DNA from: Malacoraja senta
Lineage: Eukaryota
Length of the DNA stretch: 64,000 nucleotides
Assembly: GCA_038087875.1 (NCBI GenBank)
Contig: JAXLNO010000071.1
Span: forward strand, 1 to 64,000
Reading direction: 5' to 3'
Made by a program: the position numbers and the translations under genes. Shown here one piece after another: positions 11,473-22,252 of the stretch; the first letter of the stretch is position 1, and the number at the start of each line of letters is the position of its first letter. Under the pieces are notes generated by a model. The model was not told the origin of the DNA, did not search any database, and saw nothing but the letters and a program-made list of their open reading frames with translations.

Positions 11473-14012
11473 ATGGACGAAATATGGATTGTCACTGTCA
11501 TATATGCGATCCAAAAGATATACTACCCCATCCTGGCTATTCTCGGCGTGCCCGGTAAGTAAGAAGCATTGTCGTTTGTGTTTTGAATATTTGAGAAACT
11601 GGCTGTATGTCTCGAAACTCCCTATATTCATTTCCTGTTCAGTGATCGCGCTCTGCTGTGGGATTATGAAGGCGCGACCAGTTCTTACCGTTACGGCCAC
11701 GTTGACCAGTGCATTTTACGGGATGAAACGAAGAGAGATCGGCAACTTCCCGGTATTTGCACTGTTCGATCTCGTTTACAATGACTTTGTCGTGGATCCC
11801 TTGTGTCCAATTGTCTAGTTCCAGCTAAATGGATGGAACACACAAAGTCGCAGTGGATAGTAGAAATACAAAATGTTAAAGGAGTTAAGTAAGTGCGGCG
11901 GCAACTGGCCTGGCCAGTGTTTCATATTAGTGCCCTTTCATAGAAACATAGAAACATAGAAAATAGGTGTAGGAGTAGGCCATTCGGCCCTTCGAGCCTG
12001 CACCGCCATTCAATATGATCATGGCTGATCATCCAACTCAGTATCCCGTACCTGCCTTCTCTCCATACCCCATGATCCCTTTAGCCACAAGGGCCACATC
12101 TAACTCCCTCTTAAATATAGCCAATGAACTGGCCTCAACTACCCTCTGTGGCAGAGAGTTCCAGAGATTCACCACTCTGTGTGAAAAAGTTTTTCCTCAT
12201 CTCGGTCTTAAAGGATTTCCCCCTTATCCTTAAGCTGTGACCCCTTGTCCTGGACTTCCCCAACATCGGGAACATTTCACCTGGTGATTTCCTGACTTAC
12301 ATTATCACAGCAAGTGCAGGAGAATTGCCGAGAGGGTATAGAACTGCAGACCCCATGCGAATGATTAACCTTCTCGAACCTAATCATGTTTCTTTCGAAA
12401 TTATCCCCGTCACCGCTTTGCGTCAACTGAACATCTCTGGTTACCGTGGAATTAAAATCTGCGTTCCAGATATAATTTAAAGTTTACCGTTTAGTAAAAT
12501 TCACTGATCTCCAAAACTTCCTTTGAAGAGACAGTTCATTGTACCGTGGTATTGCGGGGTGCACTTCACAGTGATAGGTGAACGGGCTTTGTCCCCTCTC
12601 TATATGATCACTGTGTGACTTCACATGAGTGCGATCATTTGATATCACACAACTCTTTCCTCAATTGCAACACTACTCCAAGATCAAAGATACCAGAAAT
12701 CAGACCTTCCCGTCAGTTACCAAGTCAAAGGTAGGCATCATCTGGGTGAATTGCAAAATATAAATTAATCGATACTCACCAACTGCTGGGTAAGTGTCAA
12801 TCTGAGTCACGCCTACATAATCTTGGGTTCCTGTCTGATACAGAACACGCGTCTGTAGTGGTCCACATTCATTCAAACATCATAAATGGACGGTGTCGTT
12901 GCTACGGATGTTTATATTGAGCAGTGCATCACCCATGTCGTATTATTAACCCTTATTCGTCGAGACCCATAACAGTGTTCTGTTTTCAGAATCACACAGA
13001 TGCAATGGTGGAATTGCTGCTGAACGTTATCGAGGTAGTGTGTGTTTGTTAACGACGCTTAACTCATGTGAACCACACGGTGCGCTGGTAATATGTTCAT
13101 TCTTTTTGCATCACAGTGAACCTGGTGACAATTGTGATCCTGTGTCGAGGAAAGTGTGGTCTCTCCAGCTGTGTGACTCGCTACCTGGTGGCCATGGCAG
13201 CGGCGGATCTACTGGTCATTATCTTTGACCTTATATTGAGACAGATTCCGATTGCTCATCAAATGTATTTTGTGAAGTCCATCCCCTTGTGTAATATCCA
13301 CGCCGTCCTGCTTTACGCGGTGACCGACTGTTCTGTGTGGTTCACCGTCTCCTTCACATTTGACCGATTTGTTGCCATCTGTTGCCAAAAGATGAAGCAT
13401 AGATATTGCACCGAGAAAACAGCGGCTGTGATTCTGGGCACGGTGAGTGCACTGAGCAGTGTAAAGAATGTTTACGGGTATTTTATGTACACATCTTGGT
13501 ACAGATTGGCGAATACTCCCTGGTTTTGTTACATGGATGTCCGTGTTATGATTTCAGTTACCTGGACAACGATTGAGTTTCTTCATTATATTCTCACCCC
13601 CTGTGTCCCGTTTGTATTGATTCTGCTGCTCAATACTTTAACGGTCAGACATATTTTGGTGGTCAGCAGAGCCCGCAGGAGACTCCGGGATCAGAAAAGT
13701 GCGAAGATCTCCAGTGATCCCGAAATGGAGAATCGAAGGAAATCGGTGATATTGTTGTTCATTATTTCCGGGAATTTCATTTTGTTATGGGCGGTATTTA
13801 CATTCTATTTAATATGGAAACGAATAAGTAATTTGGGATATTCAGATTTTTTCCTTCCTACATTTCTATCGGAAATAGGATTTATGCTGCAGCTGCTTAG
13901 TTGTTGCACAAACACGTGCATCTATGCAGTAACACAGACGAAGTTTAGAGAGCAGTATTTGACTGTGTTAATCTATCCGTTTACTCGACTGACAAGAGCA
14001 TTTAAACACTGA
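11473..14012 (+). CDS. Two-exon class A (rhodopsin-like) GPCR, GPR139/GPR142-like chondrichthyan type; join(11473..11554,13117..14012), 325 aa
   Basis: Exon 1 runs from ATG 11473, reads MDEIWIVTVIYAIQKIYYPILAILGVP+G and ends at the donor CCG|GTAAGT (11555). The acceptor TTCATTCTTTTTGCATCACAG (13116) leads into TG AAC CTG, a phase-1 join giving GVPVNL (TM1 Asn). Exon 2 has LVAMAAADLL (TM2), PLCN (TM3 Cys), TFDRFVAIC (DRY variant), PWFC (ECL2 Cys), PCVPF (TM5), LLWAV (TM6) and CCTNTCIY (NPxxY variant), with stop TGA at 14012. No frameshift. Confidence 0.9.
11941..12275 (-). mobile_element. 5'-truncated CR1 3' end inserted antisense in the GPCR intron; mirror ~58908..59242
   Basis: (TTTCTATG)n tail and CR1 C-terminal/3' UTR sequence; TTTCA flanks both sides. 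Confidence 0.8.
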
Positions 14013-14673
14013 TGAATGATAAAGGCTGAGACATTTATAGTGTGATACTCAATGGTTAGAATCGTAGATTTATTGAGAGATGCAGCATGCTCACAGCCTC
14101 TGCGCTCATCGAGACCTCGCCGAGCATCAACCTGCTACCTACATTAATCTGACATCGATTGCATTCTCCATATATTCTATTATCCCCATAATCCAACCAT
14201 CCCCGCGATTCAAAATTCCGCAGGATACTCGGGGGGAATTTACAGTGTGCGCTCCACCTCATCATTGAAATATAGGAGGTGCCGGAAACAACCGGGCTAA
14301 ACCTACGTGGTCAGCGAGAGAAAGCGGAAATTCCGCAGTCAACGGGCAAGATCAGGCACAGGAGAGGACCAAGTGCAGGAGTAACTCAGCGGGTTAGGCA
14401 GCATCGACCGAGAAAATGTATAGGTGACGTTTCGGGTCGGGAACCTTCTGCTGACTGATTGTGGGTGGGCTGCAATGAAAGCAAGCAAAGACCAGGACAA
14501 ACCAGGGCCAGTAACACATTACCTCAATCAGGGTGTTTCCTTGAAAGGCCAACACTAGTGACTGTGATCACATCATCAATAAATCATCGTTGTGAGCTGC
14601 CAACTGGTTAACCGACTTTTAATGGAGGAGGGGGAATGTTTTGCCGCTGGGTTGTGGTCAAACAAAATATGAG

Positions 14674-15928
14674 GTGCTGATGCCGTACCTGCGCATGGCC
14701 TCACTCTGTTAATTGAGGAGGCTCAGGACAGAAATGTATGGTATGGTAATGGGAAGGGGAGTGAAAATGATTCGCCACTGGAAGATTCAGTAAGCCTTGA
14801 CATATCAAATTTATGAGCCCTCCAACAAAGTGGTTCCTAATTGGATGATTATATTTAATCTTGCCGCCCATGGTCATAGTCGGTCCAATATTGTTGTCAG
14901 GTGATCGTAAGTTGTAGAACGAAAAGAACAAATCGGAGAAAAAGAAAGCGTGGCGACTCTGCTGGACAAGAGAGTTTGAGTGGTAAGATTTTGTGGGGAG
15001 ATGTGATGACATATATTTACTGACAGAGAGTCATAGAGCATGGAGTCATTTGCGTTTTACATTTGTTCAGAATAGTGAGTGAACATTATATTGTTAATTG
15101 AGGAGGCTCAAGACAGAATGAATGGTGTGGTAATGGGAAGGAGAGTTAAAATGGTTAGCCACTGGAAGATGCAATAGGCCTTGACAGATCGAACGTATGT
15201 GTTCAGCAAAACTGTCGTGTGTCTAAACTTGGTCTCGGCGATTTACAGGAGTCCACATGTGGAACACTAGATGCAGTAGATGAGGTTAGTGGAGGTGCAT
15301 GTGCTGATGCCGTACCTGCGCATGGCCTCACTCTGTTAATTGAGGAGGCTCAGGACAGAAATGTATGGTATGGTAATGGGAAGGGGAGTGAAAATGATTC
15401 GCCACTGGAAGATTCAGTAAGCCTTGACATATCAAATTTATGAGCCCTCCAACAAAGTGGTTCCTAATTGGATGATTATATTTAATCTTGCCGCCCATGG
15501 TCATAGTCGGTCCAATATTGTTGTCAGGTGATCGTAAGTTGTAGAACGAAAAGAACAAATCGGAGAAAAAGAAAGCGTGGCGACTCTGCTGGACAAGAGA
15601 GTTTGAGTGGTAAGATTTTGTGGGGAGATGTGATGACATATATTTACTGACAGAGAGTCATAGAGCATGGAGTCATTTGCGTTTTACATTTGTTCAGAAT
15701 AGTGAGTGAACATTATATTGTTAATTGAGGAGGCTCAAGACAGAAATGAATGGTGTGGTAATGGGAAGGAGAGTTAAAATGGTTAGCCACTGGAAGATGC
15801 AATAGGCCTTGACAGATCGAACGTATGTGTTCAGCAAAACTGTCGTGTGTCTAAACTTGGTCTCGGCGATTTACAGGAGTCCACATGTGGAACACTAGAT
15901 GCAGTAGATGAGGTTAGTGGAGGTGCAT
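14674..15928. repeat. Tandem duplication, 2 x ~627 bp, containing old Penelope GIY-YIG remnants; single copy in the right arm
   Basis: Identical ORFs at 14701..15012 and 15328..15639 (offset 627). The arm-to-arm coordinate sum jumps from 71183 to 71810 across it. The minus strand reads FTCTSTNLIYCI*CSTCGLL*IAETK...FAEHIRS...PVANHFNSPSH. Confidence 0.93.
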
Positions 15929-18284
15929 GTGAACATGTTGTCAATTCGAACTAATGGTCGTCTGTTGATGAGGTGGAACATGATCCAGTTGCATAGGGGT
16001 GAGCACAGAGATAGTTCCCTGAGCTTGTTCACATGAGATGGTTCGGATGGGATGCCGATGTTGAACTCGGAGCTGCAATCGATGAACATAAAGGACAGAA
16101 GAAAGGTGGGGAAATAGTCATAAGTGTGAACGTACTGTAACTAAAAAGTCAATTCGGAGAATATATAAACAATTTTAGGAAATGTTTAGATTACGAGGCC
16201 TAGTTGGCTGGAGTAAACCGAAACATAGGACTGATCATGAGAAAAGTGGTGTTGCTTTATGACACGCATTTGCCAGATAATCGGGTGAATCAGGAAACAG
16301 AATGTTAGAGGTAAACCCGACAGATCTAAAACAAGAATGAAAGACTACAAGGAAACTTTGATCACTCATGACATATTTCAAGAACATGAAATCTTCATAT
16401 AACCATTGTGTCGTGAGCCATTAAACAATCTGTTGGTAAAAATGTCAGTAAACTCAAAGTTTTGAATCCTTTCAAAGTGTTTCCCAATATGTACTTTTCA
16501 GTCCTTGAATAAATGGATACGTGTCGGAATCTCACCACGTCTTGATGAAGTTTTGTTTTGTACTATCCCGATCTGAACAATGATTACCAGGGCGACAGGG
16601 CACCAGGTGAAGCTAGATTCAACGACAGATCAGTCTCACAATTGTGTGTAGGATAGTGTTAATGTGCAAGGATCGCTGGTCGGTGCGGACTCGAAGGGCT
16701 GAAGGGCCTGTTTCCGCGCTGCATCTCTAAACCATAAACTAAAAATTAAAGAAATAAATTGGTATTTACGAATATTGTAATTAGCGTACATTAGAAATTT
16801 GAAATCGATTATTTCGGAATTGGTGTTTAATAGATATGTTTTTTGTTAACAACAATGCATTTCCAAAGAGTGTCATTATTTTGGTCAAGAACTTTGAATT
16901 ACTGATTTTCAGTTTGAGTTCTCTTGGAAAAGCTTGCTTTGATGTATTCCCATTGTTTGTCTTGTAAAATATAAATAAACAGGCAGGATTCCTCTCTCCA
17001 AGAATGTTTATTGTGCTTGAAATTCAGCATGTGTCAGGTGAGAACCAAATGCGGGTCCATGCAATATACTACGCTGGTCGATTTCGTTCGATCCAAAATG
17101 CTTTTGAGGTAATTATTCTGAAATAAAAAATATATATATTGAAAAAGTCCCTAGGCTGGACAGCAACTTAATCCCAAGGGTAAATGTATTATGAGTTGTG
17201 CACAATTTGCCCATCAGCGCATGGCTATAGTCGACACACTATTCTCCATTTCAGACAAACAGCGAGTGGAAGATATTTAATGCGCCGTGTGTTAGGCAAT
17301 GTTGGGATAGGATTAAACTCATTTGCAAGTTGATCCTTTAACATTAAGGAAATGAGACAGGGTATTCTGGACCAGTCCCAATTGATATCAGAGAAATGTA
17401 TAAAACAGTATTGGGTATATTTAATTACGGGTACAATTCTGTGGAAAGTTAATTTGAATTGGCCAAACCTCCGCACGATCTCTCCAGGGGAACGAAACGC
17501 GAATTAAGCGCACTATGGAGAGACCACACTTGGGAATTTGCAAATATCAATTTAGCCCGCTAAAATCTCAAGCTCCGGGGCTCACAAATCTGCAGAAACC
17601 CTTCCATTTGTGCTGTGCTATTGAATAAAGTTGCTCTACGTCAAAAGTAACATAAAGGCATGGAAGCAATGAGGCCAGTTGCATACTGTTCAACTGAGTA
17701 ATGTCCAGTGGTGGCTGGGATGCATTGATGTGCTCGAGCTCTCGCCTGCGTGACATGCCGTTATATGTCTTAGAAGCCATCACACTGAGTGCGACCATAA
17801 TTTTACAACCTCTGCATAATACATTGCGGCTCCTAGAAGCAGGTGAGTTAATGGCAGTATCGAACAGTTGATGTGCAGATGGGCGAGTGTGCATTGCCTG
17901 TTTACAGATATATGCAGGTAAATTTTACTGGACCTTGCCCTTGTCTCTAAATTAAAGGCCCTGTTTCGTAACTTTTGAACACTTTATCCGCTGGGTGGAG
18001 GCATTCCCATGCAGTAGCCTAGTTGTAAACGTGCCATGGATCCCAGAAATATAAACATTACCGGGATGGAGGAGTCCATCTTCACAGACTCCAACCGGGG
18101 AATGCATTTTGCAGGGGACGGAAGCTTGTATCTTGTTAGGATGAAACGGCAACTTCACAATCACCACCTGGATTAGCGGAGGGAATTAACAGGACATTTA
18201 AGAATAGTATAATTAAAGTCTTGACCCAGATGAGAAAGGGATAGGTTCAGGTATTCCTGGCCATTGTCATAGATTCATAGAGTG

Positions 18285-20060
18285 ATAGTCATATCGTCGT
18301 AGAGCGTGGAATCCGGCCCTTCGGCCCAACATGTTCAAACCGACAAACATGTCCCATCTACACCAGTGGCCACCTGCCTGCGATTGCCCCATAACGATTT
18401 AAACCTATCCTATCTGTACTTGTCCAAATGTCTCATAAACTTTATGATAGTGCCTGCCTCAACGACTTCTTACGGCAGCACATTTAATATATCCATAACC
18501 CTTTGTATATAAAAGTTACCCCTCAGGTTTCAATTGAACTTCTCCCTCTTACTTTAAACTTATGTCTTCTGGTTCTCGATTCCCCTCCGCTGTGCAAAAT
18601 GTTCTGCGCATTTACCCGATCAATTCCTCTCAGAATCGTGTACACTTATTTGAGATCATCCCATCCTCCTGCGCTCCAAGGAATAAAGTCCTCGACTGCT
18701 CAACCTCTTCATGTAGTTCAGGCCCTTGAGTCCAAGCAACATACTCGTAAATACCATCTTGACCATTTCCAGCTAGACAACAACTCTCCTATAACATCCA
18801 AAACAAAACATAATCCACTAAATGGGGCCTCACAAATGTCTTATACAACTGTAACATGACCGCCGAATCTCTATACTACATACTCTGACTGATTAATGCC
18901 AAATGTGCTGAAAACCTTCTTGACCACACTATCTACCTGTTATGCCAGCTTCATGAAAATGTGCTCCGACACTCCTACATTCCTCTGCCTTTCAAAACTC
19001 CACGGAGCCCTGCCATTCATTGTGTAATCCCTGCTCTTAATAGACTGCCCAACATACACCTCGCACTTCTATGTATTAACTTCCATCAACTATTCCTCAG
19101 CCTAGTTTCGCCACCGATCAAGATCCTGCTTGAATTGTATCCAACCATCTTCACTATCTGCAATACCACCCACTTTAGCATCATCTGTAAGCTTGCTAGT
19201 CAAGCCTTGTATTTTCCCATCCTGATCTTTTATACAGATAACAAACAGCAATGGGCCCAGCACCGAATCCTGACGCACACCACTAGTAACAGGTTTCCAA
19301 AGGAACAGCAACCTTCCACCATCACTCTCTGCTCCCTTCAACGGTCAATTTTCTATCCAGCCAGCTAACTCTCATTGAATCCCATGTGATCTAACCTTCC
19401 AGAAACGCCAACCATGGGGAACCTTGTCAATTACCTTGCTGAAATCCACGAAATACAATGTCTACAGCTCTGCTCTCATCACACGTATTGATTACATCTT
19501 CAAAACCCGTAATTAAATTCATGTCACTATCGTCTACATACAGAACCACGTTGAAAGTCCCTAATCACCCATTGTCCATCTAAATGACAACATGTCTTCT
19601 CCCTCAGAATACTCACTACTAACGGTCCGATCACAGGCTCACTGCTTTGCAGTTGCCACGCTTATCCCTGCAGCCCCCCTTAAATAAAGGGACAACATTT
19701 GCCACCCTCCAGTCTTCCCGAACCGATCCTGTATTTAGTAATGACTCATAAATTTACGCCAGGGCGCCTGCAATTTCCCCCTTTAGCTTCAGATTGTGTC
19801 TTCGGATATATCTGATCAGGCCAAGGAGGAATGTTTACCTTCACAAGCATCACGATCTTCAGCACTGCTTTGACCATAATACTGACTGTTCCATTGACCA
19901 AAATCCCAAGCACCCTGGTCCTCGTGTCTTTCTCCATGGGAAAACCAGAGAAGAGATTTTATTTGAGGACCTTGTGCATCACCTGCAGCACTACCCAGAG
20001 TTGACCGCATTGACTCCAGAGGGGCCCAATCTCCGTTGACCCCTTTTCACTTTATATACA
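18285..20060 (-). mobile_element. Old, heavily decayed CR1 ORF2; mirror ~51740..53525
   Basis: WKPVTSGVRQDSVLGPLLFVICIKD..SKLTDDAKVGG; upstream EDWRVANVVPLFK-like sequence; CR1 tail near 18285..18330. Confidence 0.75.
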
Positions 20061-20099
20061 TCAATTCCTTTGGGATTATCCTGACAAGCACACCTTCAG

Positions 20100-20857
20100 A
20101 AATTGTGTCCAGGCGCAGCTCCTTAATGAATGTGTTGGGGAAATGGAGCAGCTGCTGGATGACCTCAGGGCCATCCAGGAAAACGAAAGTTTTCTGAACA
20201 GGACCTACCATGAGGTTGTCACATCAAAGATACCGGAATAGCGAAGGTGGGTGACTATGAGAAAGAGGAATAAGCATGCAGTGCAGGAGACCCCGGTGGC
20301 TGTACCTAATGAAACCAGGTACACCCCCTTAGGAGCTGTCAAGGCAGACGATGCTTCCAGTTCGAGCGGCGGTGGCTCCAATCCGAGCGATGAGACTCGA
20401 CCGACGAGATCGACGTCGGGCAGAGCTATAGTGGTGGGTGACTCTATTGTCTGAAGTGCGGACAGGAGATTCTGTGGCGGCAGGTGAGACTCGAGGATGG
20501 TCTGTAGCCTCCCTGGTGCCAGGATTCAAGATGTGCCGGACCGACTTCAGAACATTCACGAGAGTGAAGGTGAGCAGCCGGAAGTGTTTGTGCATGTGGG
20601 CACAAACAACGTCGGGAAGACGAGGAAGGAGGTTCTGCAACGTGAGTTTAGAGAGTTCGGAAGAAAACTGAGAAGCAGGACTTCTAGGTGGTTATCACTG
20701 AATTCCTTCCAGGACCTCGTGCTGGCTGGCGAGGACAGGTACAGGGAGATAGGGGATCTGAATGTGTGGATGAGGTGCTGGTGAAGGGAGCAGGGATTTA
20801 GATTTATAAACCACTGGGATCTCTTCTGGAGTAGGGATGACCCGTACAAAAGGGACG
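20100..20857 (+). mobile_element. CR1 ORF1 (SGNH esterase) remnant of a different subfamily; mirror ~50940..51700
   Basis: AIVVGDSIV, MVCSLPGARIQDV, FVHVGTNNVG, HWDLFW, YKRDG. Confidence 0.8.
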
Positions 20858-22252
20858 GATAATCCACAATGTTTAAATAAAATATTTCATATTATCTCAG
20901 AATCCACCCAGCAAAAACTGATAATTGGAGGAGATTTCAACTGTGTTTTGGATCAATATTTGGATAAATCCTCACAACAAAAGAGATACAACACAAAATC
21001 AAAATCCAGCAAACTCCTAAATACGTATATAAAAAAAACAAATATAACAGACGCATGGAGGATTGCAAATCCATCTGAAAGAGAATATTCCTTTCATTCA
21101 TCCGTACATAAAACTTATACACGTATTGACTATTTTCTGGTGGATACAAAATTAATACCTTTTACAACTAATCCCAAATATCATAATAGTATTATTTCCG
21201 ATCATTCCCCGCTAACCTTCTCCCTAAAACTAGTAAGAATGTGCAATAAAAAATCGTTCTGGTGGTTTAATCCCCAAATACTAACTAACCCAGTTTGCTG
21301 TGAATATTTAAAACAACAGATGAAATTCTTTTTTGAGACAAATCATATTCCAGGTATTTTGGCTTCGTTATTATGGGAATCTTTTATGGCCTTTATTAGA
21401 GGCTCTATCATTTCATATCAAGCACATCAAAACAAAAAGAACAGGATGGAATAACTGCAATTAGAAGAACAGATCAGACAACTGGATTCAGAAAATGCGA
21501 CAGATCCATCTATGGATAAACATAAAAAGATAGCAGTATTAAAATTCAAGCTAAATTGAATTATCTCTGCAAGAGTTATCAGGCTATTTCAAATTACTAT
21601 ACAGGAAAACTTTGAATACGGCGACAAACCGCATAAACCTCGCACGTCAGCTGAGAAAAGTTTAAAAGGATATACTATTCAAAAAATCAGATCAGAAAAA
21701 GGTGAACTGTTCACACTTCCAAAAGATACTAACGAAAGATTTGTCCAATTCTATCAGCATTTATATACATCCAAAACATCAACAGAAACGATAAAAAATT
21801 ACAAACTTCCTTGATCACTGTAATCTTCCACTTAACGTGGCGGAATGTGATGAAATAGGAGCACAGATTACAATTAAAGAAATCGAAAAGACTATTAATT
21901 AATTGAAGAATTGCAAAACCCCAGGGCCAGATGGGTTTAGTAATGAATTTTATTTAAAAAATTACGACGTAATCTCCCCGTGTTCACATAACCTTTATAT
22001 ACACGCATTGAAAGAACAGACGCTACCACAAACCTTAGCCGAATCAACTATTACACTGATACCCAAAAAAGATAAAGATCTGGAAGAGCCGGGATCATAC
22101 AGAGCAATTACCCTGTTAAATACAGATCAGAAAATATTAGCTAAAACCCTGGCAAGAAGACTAAGTAAATACGTTAATAAATTAATACATTCTGATCAAA
22201 CTGGGTTTATACCCAAGAGACCCTCGTTTAACAATTTGAGACACCTGTTTAA
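20858..22252 (+). mobile_element. L1-clade LINE ORF2 internal fragment (endonuclease C-terminal part to start of RT); mirror ~49564..50940 (-)
   Basis: IIGGDFNCVLD, DAWR, YSFHS..HKTYTRIDYFL, ISDHSP, KTPGPDGF..EFY, ITLIPKKDKD..YRAITLLNTDQKILAK.LARRL..LIHSDQTGFIP; A-rich sense strand. Confidence 0.85.

Noticed and set aside
11462..11818. 118-aa ORF conserved in both arms
   Set aside because: Out-of-frame shadow over the true GPCR exon 1 and intron start; conservation only reflects the recent duplication.
14578..14583. AATAAA as the GPCR polyadenylation signal
   Set aside because: Plausible, but a lone hexamer among repeat debris cannot be supported without transcript data.
17755..17848. Short ATG-initiated frame ending at a good donor (GCAG|GTGAGT)
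   Set aside because: No recognisable protein or partner exon, and the ATG is TTG in the right arm.
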